Source of the DNA: a virus
Lineage: Duplodnaviria > Caudoviricetes
Length of the DNA: 36,136 bases
Virus record (IMG/VR): IMGVR_UViG_3300025773_000003
Location: 1-36,136 of that record
Strand: one strand, 5' to 3'
In this document: positions 24,279 to 34,503 of the stretch, in pieces
Layout of the letters: every line of letters begins with the position of its first letter
Numbering within the stretch: position 1 is the first letter of the stretch
Notes under the pieces: generated by a model
The model's input: the letters and a program-made list of their open reading frames with translations, nothing else
Told to the model about the DNA's origin: nothing
Databases searched by the model: none
Made by a program: the position numbers and the translations under genes

Positions 24279-27200
24279 AGAATTACCCATTTAGAACCGC
24301 TAGGAACTGTTACTGATTTACCTGATGCGACTGTTACAGGGCCAACAGAATGTGCGCTATAACCGCTTGGTATTGAGTAAGTAGCACCTACAGTTAAGTT
24401 ATTAACAAAAATACCATTGCTGGCAACAACTTGCGGTGTAGTTGTATCGCCTGTTGAAGCATTGTAACTAATACCTGTATTTACATAAGCTGTCGATAAT
24501 GAGCCACTTGTCGCTGATGAGCCGACTATGTAATATGGCCCAGTCGAGGTCGTAGAAGTAACTGTTGCACCGCCACCAGAAGCTGCTGCCCAAGTTGCTG
24601 TTGTTCCATTAGAAGTTAAAACATAAGTACTTGCACCTATTGGTAAACGAGTGGCGGTATTTGTTCCGTTTCCAATAATTAAATCACCTGTTGTGGTGAT
24701 AGGAGATAAAGCATTAAACGCTGCACTTGCAGTAGTTTGACCTGTGCCACCATTACCAATCGCTACAGTTCCTGTCACATTGGCTGCATTTCCGCTAATA
24801 TTTGTAGTCCAACTAGGTGCTGATGTTCCGTTTGATTGTAAAACTTGTCCACTTGTGCCATTTGCAATGAAAGAAGTTGCACCAGCGCCAGTTTGATAAG
24901 GTATTTGACTTGCAATACCACCAGCTAAATTAGTAGCTGTAGTAGCAGAAGTCGCTGTTGCTGCGTTGCCACTTGTGTTTACGTTAATAGTAGAAGGAAG
25001 GCTGAGAGTAATGCTTCCTGAACCATTGGTTACAGTTACTTGACTGGCTGTGCCTGTAATGGTGGATCGTGTAAATCCTGTGCCATTACCAATATCAATT
25101 TGACCATTGGTGGGCGTGGAAGTTAAGCCAGTTCCGCCATTGGCTATGGCTACTGTGCCTGTTACATTTGAAGCAGTACCACCAATAGATAGGCCTGAAG
25201 CAGTTCCTGTCAATCCTGTGCCTGCACCGCTAAATGATGTAGCAGCCAAAAGACCTGTGCTTGGCGTGTAATTGAGCTTAGTGGAGCTGGTGTATTCAGT
25301 CGTTGCTGTACCGCTTGTAACCCTTGCAAATAGGGGATAATACGCAGTAGCAGAGCTTGTATCGTCTGTAATCGTAACCCCAGTTGCAGGAGCAGCAGCC
25401 CATGTTGGTAATCCGCTTGATAAAGTCAGGATATATCCGTTTGTGCCAGGGGCGAGGAAAGTCGTTGTATTTACGGCAGATTGATAAGGCAAGTATCCGG
25501 CTAAGCCACCAGCTAGATTTGTTGAAGTTGTCGCTGATGTTGCGCTTGTTGCTGTTGCTGCATTACCGCCAATCGAAAGACTAGAAGCTATCCCTGTTAA
25601 ACCTGTTCCTGCGCCACTAAAGCTGGTAGCAGTAAATACCCCAGTAGAAGGGTTATATTGCAGTTTAGTAGAGCTTGTATATTCTGTTGCCAAGTTTCCG
25701 CTTGTTTGGTTTGCAAACAAAGGATAACGAGTGCCATTTGTAGTGGTGTCATCGGTTACAGTCGCATAAGCGGTTGGGGTTGACCATGTAGGTGCGCCCG
25801 TGCCACCTGATGTTAAAACTTGACCAGTTGTTCCTGCTGCGCTGATTGCTAAAGCTGTTGTTGATGCGCCATAGGCAATTCCACCTGCTACAAAAGCTGA
25901 TGATTGACCTGTACCGCCTCGATTGTAGGCAATAGTTGAGCCATTCCATGTCGCAGAAGTGATTGAGCCAGGATAATCTAATGTGTTAGTTGACCAAGAT
26001 ACATTAGAAGGAGTGGAATCATGACGATCCCAAGTGCCTGCTGCAAGTGAATTATCAAGCAATACAATCGTTACATATCCACCAGCTTGAATCGTTGCAA
26101 TCGTGGTAGATGAATTATTTATTACAGTAATTGCGCCTGATGATTGATTGTTATTAAATGTAAATGTTGCACCATTAGGCAATGTTGTGGCGTTGGGCAG
26201 CTTAATTGTTTGACCGCCTGAACCTGTAATTAATAGATTTTGTGGCGATGCAGCAGTTAATGTAATTGTTGTGCCACTTGCGGCTTGGCTAGTAAAACCT
26301 TCAAATAAACAGTTAGTCGTAATATTTCCGTTGGCATCACGCAAAACAACGCTATTTGCACCGCTTGAGCTTGTAACTCCAGTGCCACCATTGGCTACGT
26401 TTAATGTGCCAGATAAAGTAACTGCGCCTGTTGTGCTTGTAGATGGTGTAAATCCTGTTGTTCCTGCGCTAAATGAGCTGACATTTGAAGGTAATGAAGT
26501 CCAAACAGGAACACCGCTAGAAAGGGTTAAATATTGCCCATTTGAGCCTGCCGATAAGAAAGTCGTAGAACCGCTTGATGTTTGATAAGGCAACGCTCCA
26601 GCAGAACCGCCTGCTAGGTTTGTAGCAGTCGTAGCGGTTGTAGCGGTAGAAGCTGATCCTGCGGTGGTTGCGTATGTTGCAGTTGCAGCATTTCCACCAA
26701 TACTTAATCCTGATGCTGTCCCGGTAAGCCCGCTACCTGATCCACTAAAAGAAGAAGTAGCAGTAATAGTAGTACCAGTAATTGCGGCAGCAGAAGAACC
26801 GCCAATAGTTGTGCCATTGATTGACCCTCCTGTAATTGCCACATTGTTAGCGTTTTGCGTTGACATTGTGCCAAGACCGCTAACTTGCGTATTGGCAATA
26901 GCAATAGATGTCGTAGTTGCGCTAGTAATTTGCCCTTGAGCATTTACCGCTATAACAGGAACTGCGCTAGCAGAGCCATAAGTAGAAGCTGAAACACCTG
27001 TATTGGTAATGCTAAATGTATTGCTACTGAGGGTTAACCCTGTGCCAGCATAATAAGTGTTTACAGTAGAGAACTGCACCCAAGTAATTGCAGTAACGCC
27101 AATAGTGCCTGTTGTGGGCGAGGTACATACCCAACCTGTTTCAGCTTGAGAACCATTTAAAACGACTGTATAAGCACCTGAAACCTCTGACCATACATCC

Positions 27201-27679
27201 ATATCGGCAGATCGACTCCATGCGCCTGCGGATGCAATATAAATGCCGTTATTAGCTTGTGTAGTTTGATTCTTGACAAGAACACGATCACCAGCTAGGG
27301 TAGTGTATCCATCAATCGTTTGAAGCCCTGAGAGCGTTATATTGGCTAATGTGCCACATTGACACGCAGCTTTAGGGCCAAGACCTTGAGCGACTGTATC
27401 TACATACAGTTTATTAGTAATATCGGTGTTTCCACTAGGGCTAGTAGAAATTGTGCCTGTTGTGGTTGTAATGCTAGTAAAAGTGCCAGCAGCAGGGGTA
27501 GTTCCACCGATAACTGAGCTATCAATCGTGCTATTTGTAATGGTTAACCCTGATTGAACAGGGTTTATTGAAGCGTAAAAAGGCTGATTCTGACCTATAA
27601 AGGTTTGAAAATTCCCTTGTAGGTCAAAATAAGCCTGAACAGGCAGTAAATTCTGCGTTACAGAATCATTGACAGCCAT
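24275..27679 (-). CDS. Long repetitive tail fibre (1134 aa)
   Basis: Thr/Ser/Gly-rich; LSGLQTIDG...GDRVLVKNQ domain; repeated GNAATAT..ATNLAGG..PYQ and NGGTG units. Confidence 0.88.
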   Translation of the reverse strand: MAVNDSVTQNLLPVQAYFDLQGNFQTFIGQNQPFYASINPVQSGLTITNSTIDSSVIGGTTPAAGTFTSITTTTGTISTSPSGNTDITNKLYVDTVAQGLGPKAACQCGTLANITLSGLQTIDGYTTLAGDRVLVKNQTTQANNGIYIASAGAWSRSADMDVWSEVSGAYTVVLNGSQAETGWVCTSPTTGTIGVTAITWVQFSTVNTYYAGTGLTLSSNTFSITNTGVSASTYGSASAVPVIAVNAQGQITSATTTSIAIANTQVSGLGTMSTQNANNVAITGGSINGTTIGGSSAAAITGTTITATSSFSGSGSGLTGTASGLSIGGNAATATYATTAGSASTATTATTATNLAGGSAGALPYQTSSGSTTFLSAGSNGQYLTLSSGVPVWTSLPSNVSSFSAGTTGFTPSTSTTGAVTLSGTLNVANGGTGVTSSSGANSVVLRDANGNITTNCLFEGFTSQAASGTTITLTAASPQNLLITGSGGQTIKLPNATTLPNGATFTFNNNQSSGAITVINNSSTTIATIQAGGYVTIVLLDNSLAAGTWDRHDSTPSNVSWSTNTLDYPGSITSATWNGSTIAYNRGGTGQSSAFVAGGIAYGASTTALAISAAGTTGQVLTSGGTGAPTWSTPTAYATVTDDTTTNGTRYPLFANQTSGNLATEYTSSTKLQYNPSTGVFTATSFSGAGTGLTGIASSLSIGGNAATATSATSATTSTNLAGGLAGYLPYQSAVNTTTFLAPGTNGYILTLSSGLPTWAAAPATGVTITDDTSSATAYYPLFARVTSGTATTEYTSSTKLNYTPSTGLLAATSFSGAGTGLTGTASGLSIGGTASNVTGTVAIANGGTGLTSTPTNGQIDIGNGTGFTRSTITGTASQVTVTNGSGSITLSLPSTINVNTSGNAATATSATTATNLAGGIASQIPYQTGAGATSFIANGTSGQVLQSNGTSAPSWTTNISGNAANVTGTVAIGNGGTGQTTASAAFNALSPITTTGDLIIGNGTNTATRLPIGASTYVLTSNGTTATWAAASGGGATVTSTTSTGPYYIVGSSATSGSLSTAYVNTGISYNASTGDTTTPQVVASNGIFVNNLTVGATYSIPSGYSAHSVGPVTVASGKSVTVPSGSKWVIL

Positions 27680-27691
27680 AATTGGCCTTTA

Positions 27692-28045
27692 TTAGTTTTG
27701 GTCAACCATTGGCAACACATATAGTGTGCCACTCGTTCCAATCGCTGTAATTGCAAAACTTGGAGGTACTGCCAAAACTGTAGGTTGGGACATTGCTACA
27801 CCCAACACAAAGCTCTGACTGCTTGACCCGCCTGATGGCAATACGGCTGCTGGTGCTGTTGTTGATGTTCCTGCAACGGCAGGAGTAATCGTAATAGCAA
27901 CAGGACTAGAACCAGTATTTAAAAAGCCACAAAAGTTCGCTTGATCGTTCCCGTTAGGGGTAATCGTTACAGAAGTAGAAGAAGTGCCACTAACGCTAAT
28001 AGCCGTTGTAGGGCCTACAAAACGATACGCTGATACGTTAGCCAT
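27692..28045 (-). CDS. Putative virion protein
   Basis: Beta-rich small protein in the structural operon; AAGG RBS. Confidence 0.65.
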   Translation of the reverse strand: MANVSAYRFVGPTTAISVSGTSSTSVTITPNGNDQANFCGFLNTGSSPVAITITPAVAGTSTTAPAAVLPSGGSSSQSFVLGVAMSQPTVLAVPPSFAITAIGTSGTLYVLPMVDQN

Positions 28046-28054
28046 AATTTATCC

Positions 28055-28381
28055 TTAAGCAGCGTTAACAGGTGCTGGGCCTTCAAAACGAACGACTTGG
28101 AACTCATATACGCCAGCAGCAGGAGTTGCTGCGCTGGTTGAGCAGTTACCAAACTGAATGGTCAAAACGCCATTGGTTAAGCAATCAGTTTCAGCAATAA
28201 AGATACCAGCTGTTTGATTGGCAATATAACCACCTGTGGAGATAAAGTCGGTAGTCAATAGACCTGGGACATTAAATGTCTGCACAGCAGTAGTAGAAGC
28301 TGCTACTTGAGCTGGAGTGATAGATGGGGCGATATAGAACGTAGAAATTGCATTTCCACGAGCGATTGTTGTTGATGGCAT
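28055..28381 (-). CDS. Putative virion/decoration protein
   Basis: Beta-rich small protein; AAGGA RBS. Confidence 0.65.
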   Translation of the reverse strand: MPSTTIARGNAISTFYIAPSITPAQVAASTTAVQTFNVPGLLTTDFISTGGYIANQTAGIFIAETDCLTNGVLTIQFGNCSTSAATPAAGVYEFQVVRFEGPAPVNAA

Positions 28382-28405
28382 AAATTTTCCTTTGCAAAGG
28401 GGTAG

Positions 28406-28440
28406 TGTGGTAATTCTACAACGATTATATAAGAAAACAA
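28406..28440 (-). promoter_or_regulatory. Putative internal promoter with degenerate palindrome
   Basis: Minus TTGTTT-N16-TAGAAT; TGTGG-N8-CAACG at 28406-28423 straddles the -10. Confidence 0.45.
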
Positions 28441-28474
28441 AAGAAAAAACCCACCTTTTTAGGGGCGGGTTTTC
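28435..28474 (-). terminator. Rho-independent terminator after the capsid genes
   Basis: Minus AAAACCCGCC...GGTGGGTTTT hairpin followed by TTCTTTTGTTTT. Confidence 0.75.
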
Positions 28475-28490
28475 TCATATTACTACAATA

Positions 28491-28769
28491 TTACGACTTC
28501 AATAGACCTAAGGATTTCAATGCGGTAACGATGTCACCGATTGTGTAGGCTGTGCTTCCTGATGCACCTGGGAAGGTGGTATTGGTGTAAACAGCAGTTG
28601 TAGAACCAGCAGCAGTAGTAGTTGTGTTAGCTACGGCTGTAGGTTGTGTTACTGGAGTTGCGCCAAAGAAAGCCAAAGGGCTATTTGCTGCGATATAAAC
28701 GCCATCAGTAGAGTCACCATTAAATAAATAATGTGCTGTTACTGTGGTTGATGGGCCTGGATTTGCCAT
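28491..28769 (-). CDS. Head fibre/decoration-like protein
   Basis: Directly after the coat gene; LAFFGATPVTQP and IVTALKSLGLL segments. Confidence 0.65.
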   Translation of the reverse strand: MANPGPSTTVTAHYLFNGDSTDGVYIAANSPLAFFGATPVTQPTAVANTTTTAAGSTTAVYTNTTFPGASGSTAYTIGDIVTALKSLGLLKS

Positions 28770-28797
28770 GATTATTTTCCTTTAAATGTTAGGTTAA

Positions 28798-30036
28798 TTA
28801 AGCTGCAACACGGCAAGCGAGTTCAGGATACAAATTTGCCCAACCATACAGAACGTCTAAACGAGTAGGAATAGAGTCATTGTTAATGGTGTATTGACGA
28901 ACTACACGCATTGACAGACCGATTTCCTTGTCGCTTGCACGACCTGCAAAGTGAACACCCTCTGGCAACTCAAGGTCGGCTACTGCGAGAGTAAACGCAT
29001 TGCGGTGCATGATGATGTTTTGTGGGGAAACTGTACCAGACTGGTTAAAGAAGCTAACAGCAGCAGTAGAGCTAGTTGAAGGGATAGATACGTTCTGGAA
29101 CTGACCAGCAGTAATGATAGCTGGGCTTACGTTTACAGAAATAGTACCACCTGAACCGCTAACAGCAGTATTAACTACAAAGTTACGCAGCTTGTTTGAA
29201 CCATAAGCCTGACGATTCTGTGGGTTAACAGCATATACACCAGCGATGGTGAATGTGTCACCTTGTAACAAACTTACGCCATTGGTCAAAGACAAAGTGA
29301 TGGTGCTTGAAGAAGCCCAACCAGATGTCAAGAAACCAGTAGCGGTAGTTGTGTTAACAGTTGCAGAACCAGAGAAGCTACCAAACTGATGTGAAACGAT
29401 GTTTTGATCCATCTTCCAATTCATACCAGCAGAGTCACGACCCATCAAACCTTTACGATACTGCTCGCCAATAGCTTCTTGTGGCACAAATAGGCCTTTC
29501 AAGCTGTCAACGATAGTAGCTGAGGTAAATGGCTCAACTGTGCATGATCTACGGCCATCACGTGGTGCGCCTTCAGAATCAAGGTAAGCAGCAGCAGTCA
29601 GGTAAGTAATCAAACCAGTTGGAGGCGTACCAGCTACACCAACGATATTGGCTGTGTTGTTTGCAGCTTGTGTGCAACCATCACGATCAATCTTGTTAGC
29701 AATAGCAGCTACAGCAGGCTTCAATACACGATCAGAGAACATATCGAGAGAAAGTGCAAGGTCTTGGGTGGTAAATTGGGTGTCAACGTGAAACTGTGTT
29801 GACAATGTTACAGGTACAGAAGTTTCTACAAAATCCTCGACATTGAGGGCGGGCCCTGTGGTACCAATGAAACGGCCAGGTTTCCGAACGTTTACTGTGT
29901 TACCAATCTTACCACCTACTACCGCAAATTGGTCATCGTAGTTACGATCTACTTCTGACGTAAAAGTCAGTTCGTTTTCGAGAACCATTAAGGCCTCATT
30001 AGTAATTTTTGAAATCGTCAATAAATTATTCGACAT
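28798..30036 (-). CDS. Major capsid protein (P22 coat gp5-like)
   Basis: MSNNLLT..ITNEAL, KIGNTVNVRKP, GDTFTIAGVYAVNP, RLDVLYG motifs. Confidence 0.93.
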   Translation of the reverse strand: MSNNLLTISKITNEALMVLENELTFTSEVDRNYDDQFAVVGGKIGNTVNVRKPGRFIGTTGPALNVEDFVETSVPVTLSTQFHVDTQFTTQDLALSLDMFSDRVLKPAVAAIANKIDRDGCTQAANNTANIVGVAGTPPTGLITYLTAAAYLDSEGAPRDGRRSCTVEPFTSATIVDSLKGLFVPQEAIGEQYRKGLMGRDSAGMNWKMDQNIVSHQFGSFSGSATVNTTTATGFLTSGWASSSTITLSLTNGVSLLQGDTFTIAGVYAVNPQNRQAYGSNKLRNFVVNTAVSGSGGTISVNVSPAIITAGQFQNVSIPSTSSTAAVSFFNQSGTVSPQNIIMHRNAFTLAVADLELPEGVHFAGRASDKEIGLSMRVVRQYTINNDSIPTRLDVLYGWANLYPELACRVAA

Positions 30037-30070
30037 GATTTCTCCTTTTCTTTAAATATAAATTGAGTTA

Positions 30071-30994
30071 TCAGCGTATCCGTTTAGCCTTTCGATCTGC
30101 TTTCCATTGGGCGTAAGTACCATGAAATACTCCATCTCCATCGATGAGAACATCTTGTGTACCTTTGCCTGCGGTGAGAGGCTTAATCGGTGCTGGTGCT
30201 TTACTACGAGCAACAGGTTCGCTTTTGACTTCAGCAGGAGCTTCTTTACGCTCAAACTGAACTTCCAATTTCCCTAATTCCTTAAGTGCTTTGTTAACTG
30301 GCATAGAAGAAATGCGTTGGGCAAGGTCATCATCTGATGCTAATTGATATAGGATTTGAGGGCCTACATCGGACTCTAGAATCGCATCCCGTACTTCATC
30401 TCGTACTTGGACTTTACTAGATGCCACCATTTCATCAAAATCAGGCAATTCAGCTTTGGCTTTCTCTAATTTAGAAGTCCAAGATTTAATAACTTCTTGG
30501 CGTTCAATTTCGACTTTGCGTTGCTGTTCTTGCTTATCACGTTCTACTAATGCTTTTTCCGCACTCCATTCAGCTAATGCTTCTGCATATTCAAAAGCAT
30601 CTTGAAACTGACTTGCTTGGGGTTTTTCACCCAAAATGTCTTGTTCAATTTGTTGGGGTGCTGGTGCTACTTTGCTCTCAAGTTCTTGTAGGCGGGCTTC
30701 TAAGGCTTGCTTTTCGGCTTCAGCTTGTTTAGCACGAGTTGTAAGCTCACGAAATCGCTTTTCAATTTTGGGATTTTGTTTAGGCTTGTCTGTTACTTCC
30801 GCTTCTTGTTCTGCCTCAGGTAAATTCTCGGCTTGGGCCTCAACTGATGGCTCTGACTCTGGAGTTTCCTCGACAGTTTCAGCCTCAACAGGGGCTTCTT
30901 CGCTGGCTAAACCTAATTTATTAGCAGTCCATTCCGCTAAATTATCTGACGTTACTACATTGTCTGCTGTTCTTACTGCTGTTTCTTCTGACAT
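30071..30994 (-). CDS. Scaffolding protein
   Basis: Acidic coiled-coil protein between portal and coat with basic C-terminus; GAGGA RBS before ATG 30994. Confidence 0.85.
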   Translation of the reverse strand: MSEETAVRTADNVVTSDNLAEWTANKLGLASEEAPVEAETVEETPESEPSVEAQAENLPEAEQEAEVTDKPKQNPKIEKRFRELTTRAKQAEAEKQALEARLQELESKVAPAPQQIEQDILGEKPQASQFQDAFEYAEALAEWSAEKALVERDKQEQQRKVEIERQEVIKSWTSKLEKAKAELPDFDEMVASSKVQVRDEVRDAILESDVGPQILYQLASDDDLAQRISSMPVNKALKELGKLEVQFERKEAPAEVKSEPVARSKAPAPIKPLTAGKGTQDVLIDGDGVFHGTYAQWKADRKAKRIR

Positions 30995-31048
30995 GAGATT
31001 CCTCAAGATTTTTACCCGATGAACCCATCGGTAGGCAATACAAATTCA

Positions 31049-31080
31049 TTTATATCATAAGTGTTGCGCTTTTACAACAC
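31049..31080 (-). promoter_or_regulatory. Internal promoter with perfect palindrome
   Basis: GTGTTG-N8-CAACAC at 31061-31080; minus TTGTAA-N17-TATAAA with TGn extension. Confidence 0.65.
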
Positions 31081-33155
31081 TAAATGGCTCGTTCAATCGC
31101 TTCAGCTTCGGCTGATTTTTCAGTCGTTTTATTGATATGGGCAAGAACTAAAGCTAACTGTGCTTTCATCTGCTCAATTTCAAGCTGGGTCTGAGTCTTG
31201 ATAACTGTGTCATGCGCTGTCGTATCGGTACGCAACTGAGTATCTTCTCTGCGTACTTGCAGGCGCATCTTCTCACGCTCTGTTTCAGCCTGTTGGACTT
31301 GCTCTTGAACGCTTGCACGATATTTACTATCCATCTGCATCATCTGAATTTGCTGTTGTAGCTGTTCAATCGTCTTTTTGCCCTGTGCAATCATCATCTG
31401 AGCCTGTGGTGGCACTTCTGACTTCTCATCAATTTGGGCGAGAGGATTGTTTACAGCCAAGCGATCAGCAATAACGTCTGAGCCAGGGAAATCCATATTA
31501 CGGACATATAAATCGCCTGCAATCTGCACTAGGGCAGGATCGGCAGCAAATAGGCTGGTCATTGCATCTACGGCTTCTTGACGTTTGGAGTTGTAGCCAG
31601 GGCCTGTATCCATTACTACGTCATATTCGCCTACAGTAACGTCATTTAGGACTTTAGCTACGCCATTCTCATCCGAGCCAGGCTGGTTTAAAGTCACAAT
31701 CTCAGGCTTGCCATCATCGCCAATGATCCGCATGACTCGTTCTCTGTCATAAATCTTAGGCACTAGGTCAAGAATGATCCGACCTGTGTGACGGATACTG
31801 CGTGTCAGATTGTCGTAATAATGGAAGTTAGTCATATCAGCTTGCATCTGCTGACCATTAATAGATTTGCCTGACTGTAAGCCTTGTGGGAGCTGGCTTG
31901 GATCAAAAATACCGACTACTGCTTGTAAATCCTGATTCATACTCTGTAATGCAGACATCACGCCCGCAGGAGGTGGCTCTGGTTGCAGTCTTGTAGGCTG
32001 TGGAGCTGGTCTGCCCTCAATATCGGTCTGCTTATAACGCAAGACAGGCATAGCTTTAATGTTAGCCATTGCCCATTCGTTTTCATGACCTTCATCTTGA
32101 CCTTCTGCCAATAGCCATTTTGCTTTAGGAGCTAAAGCTACAGTTTCAGTCAAAGCAGTTGACCAGTAGTTATACATACGCTGTGGGTCTTTTGCCATGC
32201 GTACTAAGCCAAATTTCTTATGCTTATCGTCAACTCGCACTTCTTGACCAAATACAGGCACGATTGGGATATATTTACCCGCCCATTCACCTTCTTCAAG
32301 AATTTGCATAGCCGTTAGCTTGCAATATTTGATCTTTTTACGCCATACATCACGTTTAGCAATAACAGTAATACCCGCTTGGGCTAAGACTTCCTTGCTT
32401 GGGATCTCTGTAGAGTAGCCAGTAGTGCCATCAGATAGCTCTAAAAGCATATCTTTAGTGCGTTCTGTATAGAAATACTCAGCTACACGTATATCTTCTT
32501 TTGTGACCCATTCGCTCTCCGTATCGCCTGTTCCTCTTGATGAGAAACCCTGATCCACTTCTGCATCTGGGTACATGGTTTTGAACACGTCTTTAGAGAT
32601 AACTGTTGTGATAAGAACTCGCTCAGCATCAGACCCATCTGGCAACACGCTATTAGGATCAAAATAGACAGTAAAAGGGTTCTCAACTGGTCTAATGTAG
32701 ATTTCTTGGTCAAAGCTGTCCTCTCTTACATAATCAGTAGTAACACGCCAATAGCCCCAACCCATCTTGACGCAATACTCAAAAGCATGGTCGTAAGCTG
32801 CATCGGCATCGGATTGGTTCTCAATATGACGGCAGATGCCTGTAAGAATCTCAGCAACCTTCTCGTCTGACTCATTGTTCATGCCATGCACTTTAATGCG
32901 TGGGCGTTGCTGTCTTTGTTGGTTACAGATTTGACGCACATAGGCATCAATTTTATTAATGGTAAGGCAAGGGCGGGCTTCTAAAATACGGCTGTTTTGC
33001 ACATCTACAGGCCATTGATCGCCTGCTGCAAACCTGACATCATCAAGGGCTTCGGCACGATTGTTGCTATCCGAATCATTACAAAGTCTTAAAAAATCCT
33101 TAGCTTCTTGGATTCTGCCGTCTGATTGGGAGTCTGCAACGCTATCGTATGCCAT
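31080..33155 (-). CDS. Portal protein (P22 gp1-like)
   Basis: GDQW...RPCLTINKI, GWGYWRV, YIPIVPVFG, KDPQRMYNY, GEYDVVMDTGP motifs; coiled-coil C-terminus. Confidence 0.93.
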   Translation of the reverse strand: MAYDSVADSQSDGRIQEAKDFLRLCNDSDSNNRAEALDDVRFAAGDQWPVDVQNSRILEARPCLTINKIDAYVRQICNQQRQQRPRIKVHGMNNESDEKVAEILTGICRHIENQSDADAAYDHAFEYCVKMGWGYWRVTTDYVREDSFDQEIYIRPVENPFTVYFDPNSVLPDGSDAERVLITTVISKDVFKTMYPDAEVDQGFSSRGTGDTESEWVTKEDIRVAEYFYTERTKDMLLELSDGTTGYSTEIPSKEVLAQAGITVIAKRDVWRKKIKYCKLTAMQILEEGEWAGKYIPIVPVFGQEVRVDDKHKKFGLVRMAKDPQRMYNYWSTALTETVALAPKAKWLLAEGQDEGHENEWAMANIKAMPVLRYKQTDIEGRPAPQPTRLQPEPPPAGVMSALQSMNQDLQAVVGIFDPSQLPQGLQSGKSINGQQMQADMTNFHYYDNLTRSIRHTGRIILDLVPKIYDRERVMRIIGDDGKPEIVTLNQPGSDENGVAKVLNDVTVGEYDVVMDTGPGYNSKRQEAVDAMTSLFAADPALVQIAGDLYVRNMDFPGSDVIADRLAVNNPLAQIDEKSEVPPQAQMMIAQGKKTIEQLQQQIQMMQMDSKYRASVQEQVQQAETEREKMRLQVRREDTQLRTDTTAHDTVIKTQTQLEIEQMKAQLALVLAHINKTTEKSAEAEAIERAI

Positions 33156-33178
33156 AGATATTCCTTAATTATCGGCTA

Positions 33179-33209
33179 ATTTTAAGCCAAGTGTAGTATT
33201 TGCACAACA
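33179..33209 (-). promoter_or_regulatory. Internal promoter with palindrome upstream of the portal gene
   Basis: TGTAG-N8-CAACA at 33192-33209; minus TTGTGC-N17-TAAAAT. Confidence 0.6.
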
Positions 33210-33213
33210 TATT

Positions 33214-34503
33214 CTAGCCCATCCAGCTTGACGGCAGTTGATAAGTAGCCTTTTGTTTTGGTGCTTTTCTAGGCTCATTTACCATCAAACCAATGTATCG
33301 GAAAGCATCAGCCCCGTGGGAGTAGTTGTCGTGTAATGGCTTTTGGCTAAATTGCTTAGTGTCAGGATCTACGTCATAGCGGTAATGGCGTAGGCATTGC
33401 AGTCCTTCATGCGTGTTGGTCTTATCAAACCAGCACTTATTAAACATCATTCGGGCAGCATTAATGGAATCAACAATGGGTGTTCGCTCAATAACTCTAG
33501 TGTTATACCCTGTAGCTCTAACGATGTCCTCAATGCTTTTGCCGTTAGATCCCAAAGTCTTTGATCCTGCGTCATGAGGTAGCCAAAGGGTGTCATATAC
33601 ATATCCATAGGACTGCATTTTAGCCAGGTAATGCGCTATCGTTTCTTGCGTGTTTTCGTAATACCTAATGAGGCGAGTTTCCATGCCAATAAACTGCACA
33701 AACCAAATAGCAGTAGCGTCAGCCCAACCGAGGTCAAATACTGCGTGAACTGGCTTAATTGGGTCATAAGGGACATTCGTTATTCTACCCTCTAAATCAG
33801 CCATAGCCATTTCTTTGGCAAAGATAGCACCATCTACTGTTTGACGGCATAAGCCTTCCCAGACTGTGTTGTAGGCTTCTCTATCCCTACTAAATAACTG
33901 ATCTTTTTCCTCACGCAACACATCAGGAAACCAGGGGTTGTCTTGCCAATTCATACGCACAGTTTGGCAGTTAGGCGGTGGATTTAATACAAATCTTTGA
34001 TAAACAGGGTCTGTTTCTAGCTCTGGATTAAAAGTAATCCATATCTCAGAGTCGGGCGTTCTTATCGTAGGTATAAGGATTTCAAGACTTCGATCACTTA
34101 CAGTCTGTGCTTCCTCAATCCACACATGAGTGCTTCCCTCATAAGATTTTATGTTTGCTGGATTGTTTTTGAGGCCCACAAAGTTAAACTCTGTGCCATT
34201 TTTGCCTCTAATTTGATTCTGAGTTACTTCATAGAATGATTCCAGTTTCATTGCTATGATCTGGTCTGCCAATAACCTATGCACAGATTGGGCAATAGAG
34301 TTTTGAAACTCTCGAGCGCAAAGCACTCTAATTGGCTTTTTAACGCCTATAACAAGTAAGGCACGGGCAAATCCCCAAGACTTTCCTGAACCTCGCCCAC
34401 CATGACAAACTTTAAACCTTGATGGCTCAAAAAGGAATTGCAGCTTGATAGGGAAGTCAACCGCAGATATTGCCTCCCGCAGTTCTTGGGTGATTTCACT
34501 CAC
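33214..34503 (-). CDS. terL: Terminase large subunit
   Basis: Walker A GGRGSGKS, Walker B WIEEAQ, TFNP; nuclease AVFDLG, LPHDA, SHGADAFRY. Confidence 0.96.
   Translation of the reverse strand: MSEITQELREAISAVDFPIKLQFLFEPSRFKVCHGGRGSGKSWGFARALLVIGVKKPIRVLCAREFQNSIAQSVHRLLADQIIAMKLESFYEVTQNQIRGKNGTEFNFVGLKNNPANIKSYEGSTHVWIEEAQTVSDRSLEILIPTIRTPDSEIWITFNPELETDPVYQRFVLNPPPNCQTVRMNWQDNPWFPDVLREEKDQLFSRDREAYNTVWEGLCRQTVDGAIFAKEMAMADLEGRITNVPYDPIKPVHAVFDLGWADATAIWFVQFIGMETRLIRYYENTQETIAHYLAKMQSYGYVYDTLWLPHDAGSKTLGSNGKSIEDIVRATGYNTRVIERTPIVDSINAARMMFNKCWFDKTNTHEGLQCLRHYRYDVDPDTKQFSQKPLHDNYSHGADAFRYIGLMVNEPRKAPKQKATYQLPSSWMG

Noticed and set aside
21827-27679. Diversity-generating retroelement or invertase switching of fibre modules
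   Set aside because: No reverse transcriptase or recombinase, no template/variable repeat pair and no inverted crossover sites seen
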